Of a stretch of DNA of 64,000 bases, positions 61,754 through 64,000 are shown one piece after another (within the stretch, counting starts at the first letter, position 1; the number at the start of each line of letters is the position of its first letter). Position numbers and translations under genes: made by a program. Under the pieces are notes generated by a model. That model saw only the letters and a list, made by a program, of their open reading frames with translations, was not told the DNA's origin and made no database searches. The DNA is from Candidatus Methylomirabilota bacterium (GTDB taxonomy: Bacteria; Methylomirabilota; Methylomirabilia; Rokubacteriales; CSP1-6), in contig JBKPAK010000020.1 of assembly GCA_046726415.1 (NCBI GenBank), positions 1,995 to 65,994 of the forward strand, in the 5' to 3' direction.

Positions 61754-62571
61754 GAGTCAACCCCAGGACCTTCGTGGAGCCGCCTCTTGTGGCCCACCCA
61801 TGCCCCGCACACCAGACGTTCGATAGCGCCCTCGACGGCAATCGCCGCGACATGGCTCCGATCGATCGGCACCTCATGAAGGCTGAAGTGCTCGCTCTCG
61901 CCCGGACTGTTCTCGATGCGCAGCAATCGAGCCGGCTCCCCGGGCGCAAAGGCCACGTCAAAGTTCGCGAGAGGGTAGGAGAGCCCCTGCCCGAGGGCCT
62001 TGACGATTGCCTCCTTCCGCGTCCAGCAGCGAAAGAACGCGGAGAGCTGCTCGTCAGGTCGCAGCGACCGGAGCACTTGACGCTCCTGGGCCGAGAAGAC
62101 GCTGGCGGCTAGCTCGTCGAGGTCCTCTACCGCTCGGATCAGCTCGATATCGACGCCGATCTCTCGGTCGCGCGTCAGTGCGCACAGGGCAAGCCCATGT
62201 GAATGGGACAGGTTGAAGCGGAGCCCGTCCCCGCCCGCATCCCCGGATAGGGAGGGCTTGCCATGAGCGCTGTACTCGAACTCGAGCCGATCCGGGTCGA
62301 CGCCACAGTAGCCGGCCAAGACCTCCCGCAGGAAGCCGCGGCCGACCACAAACCGCTTCCGGTCCCGCTCGAAGTGAAACCTCGCCGCCCGTGCCGCCTC
62401 ATCCGCGGACAGCGCGCTGGCGAGCCGCCGAACCTCGGGCGCGAGCTGATCCAGATCCGCCACCCACACATGGATTTCGCCTCCGGGCAGCGGGACGCTG
62501 GCTGCCGGAGTCGGCAAGCATAGGGATCGAGGACCCGCTTGGACGTTGGACTCGAAGTGCACCACCGTCAC
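61741..62571 (-). CDS. 4'-phosphopantetheinyl transferase, Sfp type (first gene of the NRPS/PKS operon)
   Basis: 'EIHVWVADL', 'HGKPSL', 'FNLSHSHGL', 'GVDIELI', 'FFRCWTRKEAIVKALG'. The start is uncertain (GTG 62571 or a downstream TTG/GTG). Confidence 0.85.
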   Translation of the reverse strand: MTVVHFESNVQAGPRSLCLPTPAASVPLPGGEIHVWVADLDQLAPEVRRLASALSADEAARAARFHFERDRKRFVVGRGFLREVLAGYCGVDPDRLEFEYSAHGKPSLSGDAGGDGLRFNLSHSHGLALCALTRDREIGVDIELIRAVEDLDELAASVFSAQERQVLRSLRPDEQLSAFFRCWTRKEAIVKALGQGLSYPLANFDVAFAPGEPARLLRIENSPGESEHFSLHEVPIDRSHVAAIAVEGAIERLVCGAWVGHKRRLHEGPGVDSCVP

Positions 62572-63189
62572 GCCGGGCGATGGCTTGTTTCGGCGCCTCG
62601 GGCGAGTGGCCCGGGCGGCCCCTCGTGCAGCCGGGCCTCGGCCCCGCGCATATCCGAGGCGTCTTGCTCCATGGGCGGCTTCTTAGCAATTTCGCGGCCG
62701 AATCTGGCCCGGCGGTGTCGGAGGGATTTCGACACTGCCTGCCCGCAGCGCCATGCCAACGTTGCGTCCTACCCCGGGCTGGATCGGCGCTTGTTACCTC
62801 AGTTTCTTGGCCCTCCCGACGGGGGAGGAGCCGGTAATGGCATCGACCTGAAGACAATGGGCCGGTGCGCACGTTGTAGATATGACAATGACGAGATTTC
62901 CGGCGGCGGCGCCGGACTTTCCGGGCCGGAACCCGCGCTGCCGACGGGACGTCACATCGGGACCGATTCGCGCTTGCAGGGAGCCTATTGCGCGCCTACG
63001 CCGTGAAGCGCGCGATGGGCAGGGCGCGCTCGCTCGTGGCGCCGACCGGCGGTCGAGCACGCTCTCGCGGGCCCGCCGCTTGCTGGATTTGGAAGTACAT
63101 GCGGATAAAGGCAAATCGGAAAGCAGCTTCCGAAGGGGAGAAGGCGGCGACGCCGCCCTCTCTCTGGCTGAGAACAGGAGGAACTTGAG

Positions 63190-64000
63190 ATGCTGACACA
63201 GTATCGCGTGGCCTGGGCTCTGATGGCCGTGGCCGTTCTCCTCGGAACGGCCGGATGTGCAACGACGGCAACGACAGCACGTACCACCGGAGAGTACGTC
63301 GACGATGCCAGGATCGCCGGCGATGTCCGCACGAAGCTCCTGGCGGATCCGACCCTGAACGGGTCGAGTATCGCCGTCACGAGCTCGGACGGAGTCGTCT
63401 ATTTGAGCGGTACGGCCCCGTCGTCCAATAGCCAGACGCGGGCCACTCAGCTGGCGAGGGAGGTCGCCGGCGTTCGCAGTGTCGTGAACAACATGGTCGT
63501 CGCCACTTCGCCACCCGCGGTGGCGACGGCGACGGCGGCACCGCCCCCGAAAGCGGTGGTGGCCCCTCCGGTCAATATCGTTACCGGTCAACCGGCGATC
63601 GACGCCACCGGCGTCGTCGCTCAGTACGACCCGCAGACCGGGATCATCATTTTTCAGGATGGCCGAATGGTCAGGGTGACGACCGAGTCCGCCGTAGGCG
63701 CGCCGGCCAGCGTCGTGGCCTTGCAGCCCGGCACCCAGGTCATGCTGCGCAATGTGCAGCCGGTCGGGTATCAGCCGACCATGGTGCCCGCGCCCGGCTC
63801 ATGGCGAATGGCCACGGTGAGCCACGTGGATACAACGAACTCGTTGATCTTCCTCACCGACGGTAGCGTCGTCCACGCGGGACCTTCGACGGTGCTTCGC
63901 TCCGGCACGCAGCCGATCACGCTCGCCCAGCTCCAACCCGGCTCTCAGATCGCGATCAGCGTGCCCGCGACCGTCGCCGCGACGCCGGCTCCAATGACGG
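63190..64000 (+). CDS. BON-domain lipoprotein; 3'-partial
   Basis: ATG 63190 is preceded by AGGAGG. The signal peptide has lipobox 'LLGTAGC'. The BON-like segment is 'DDARIAGDVRTKLLADPTLNGSSIAVTSSDGVVYLSGTAPSSNSQTRATQLAREVAGVRSVVNNMVV'. By hand translation the frame stays open to the end of the window. This ORF is absent from the supplied track because it has no stop. Confidence 0.8.
   Translation, partial: MLTQYRVAWALMAVAVLLGTAGCATTATTARTTGEYVDDARIAGDVRTKLLADPTLNGSSIAVTSSDGVVYLSGTAPSSNSQTRATQLAREVAGVRSVVNNMVVATSPPAVATATAAPPPKAVVAPPVNIVTGQPAIDATGVVAQYDPQTGIIIFQDGRMVRVTTESAVGAPASVVALQPGTQVMLRNVQPVGYQPTMVPAPGSWRMATVSHVDTTNSLIFLTDGSVVHAGPSTVLRSGTQPITLAQLQPGSQIAISVPATVAATPAPMT

Noticed and set aside
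43059-62571. MbtH-like protein, transporter, regulator or tailoring genes inside the NRPS/PKS operon
   Set aside because: I looked for small ORFs with the MbtH 'SxWP' type signature and for any inter-gene space. The five genes overlap or abut, so there is no room for additional genes.
62568-62759. 63-aa minus-strand ORF whose TGA overlaps the PPTase GTG start (GTGA), a possible leader or small gene of the BGC
   Set aside because: It has no recognisable motif (it is not MbtH-like) and its N-terminus is Arg-rich. Its third-position GC bias is weaker than in real genes here, and the PPTase start itself is uncertain. It is kept only as something to test by ribosome profiling.
1-64000. tRNA/rRNA genes, transposases, integrases, phage genes, toxin-antitoxin or defence-system genes
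   Set aside because: None of the ORF translations or intergenic regions showed recognisable signatures. Absence by eye is not proof; tRNAscan-SE, ISfinder and DefenseFinder would settle it.

Overview
GC-rich bacterial chromosomal window: codon third positions are overwhelmingly G/C, ribosome-binding sites are AGGAGG-like, and 4-nt GTGA/ATGA stop/start overlaps are frequent. I recognised no rRNA, tRNA, CRISPR array, transposase or integrase. Gene content from left to right: (1) a 5'-truncated Dpp/Opp-type ABC importer operon (2-5507); (2) a NaChBac-type voltage-gated cation channel, an LLM oxidoreductase and a class A PBP; (3) a minus-strand catabolic/transport operon (12781-20190) with a LigB-type dioxygenase, a Rieske oxygenase, an Fe3+/polyamine-type ABC importer and an SDR; (4) a single-chain triple-RidA protein and a P450; (5) an orphan Sfp-type PPTase beside a LivM-permease remnant; (6) a peptidase-S51-like/CysRS-C-terminal fusion; (7) a CbiMQO/NikMQO-type ECF metal transporter in one operon with two Gfo/Idh/MocA oxidoreductases; (8) a Rieske / 2-hydroxyacid dehydrogenase / amidohydrolase / ThDP enzyme / CoA-transferase block that ends in a zone of gene decay (39.1-43.0 kb: aldolase fragment, LLM gene with in-frame TAA, enolase-superfamily gene with three frameshifts). 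The standout is a compact ~19.5-kb, five-gene, translationally coupled minus-strand operon (43059-62571). Its order is Sfp-type PPTase, then NRPS [C-A(Thr)-T-E-C-T], then PKS/aminotransferase [KS-AT(malonyl)-ACP-AMT], then NRPS [C-A(Gly)-T-C-A(Gly)-T], then a stand-alone thioesterase. That thioesterase carries a TubC-like docking domain and a Cys (GYCLG) in place of the usual Ser nucleophile. From memory I cannot match this domain string to any characterised pathway, so it is the best candidate here for an undescribed system. The window ends in a 3'-truncated BON-domain lipoprotein gene. All family assignments come from motif reading by eye; no database search was run.
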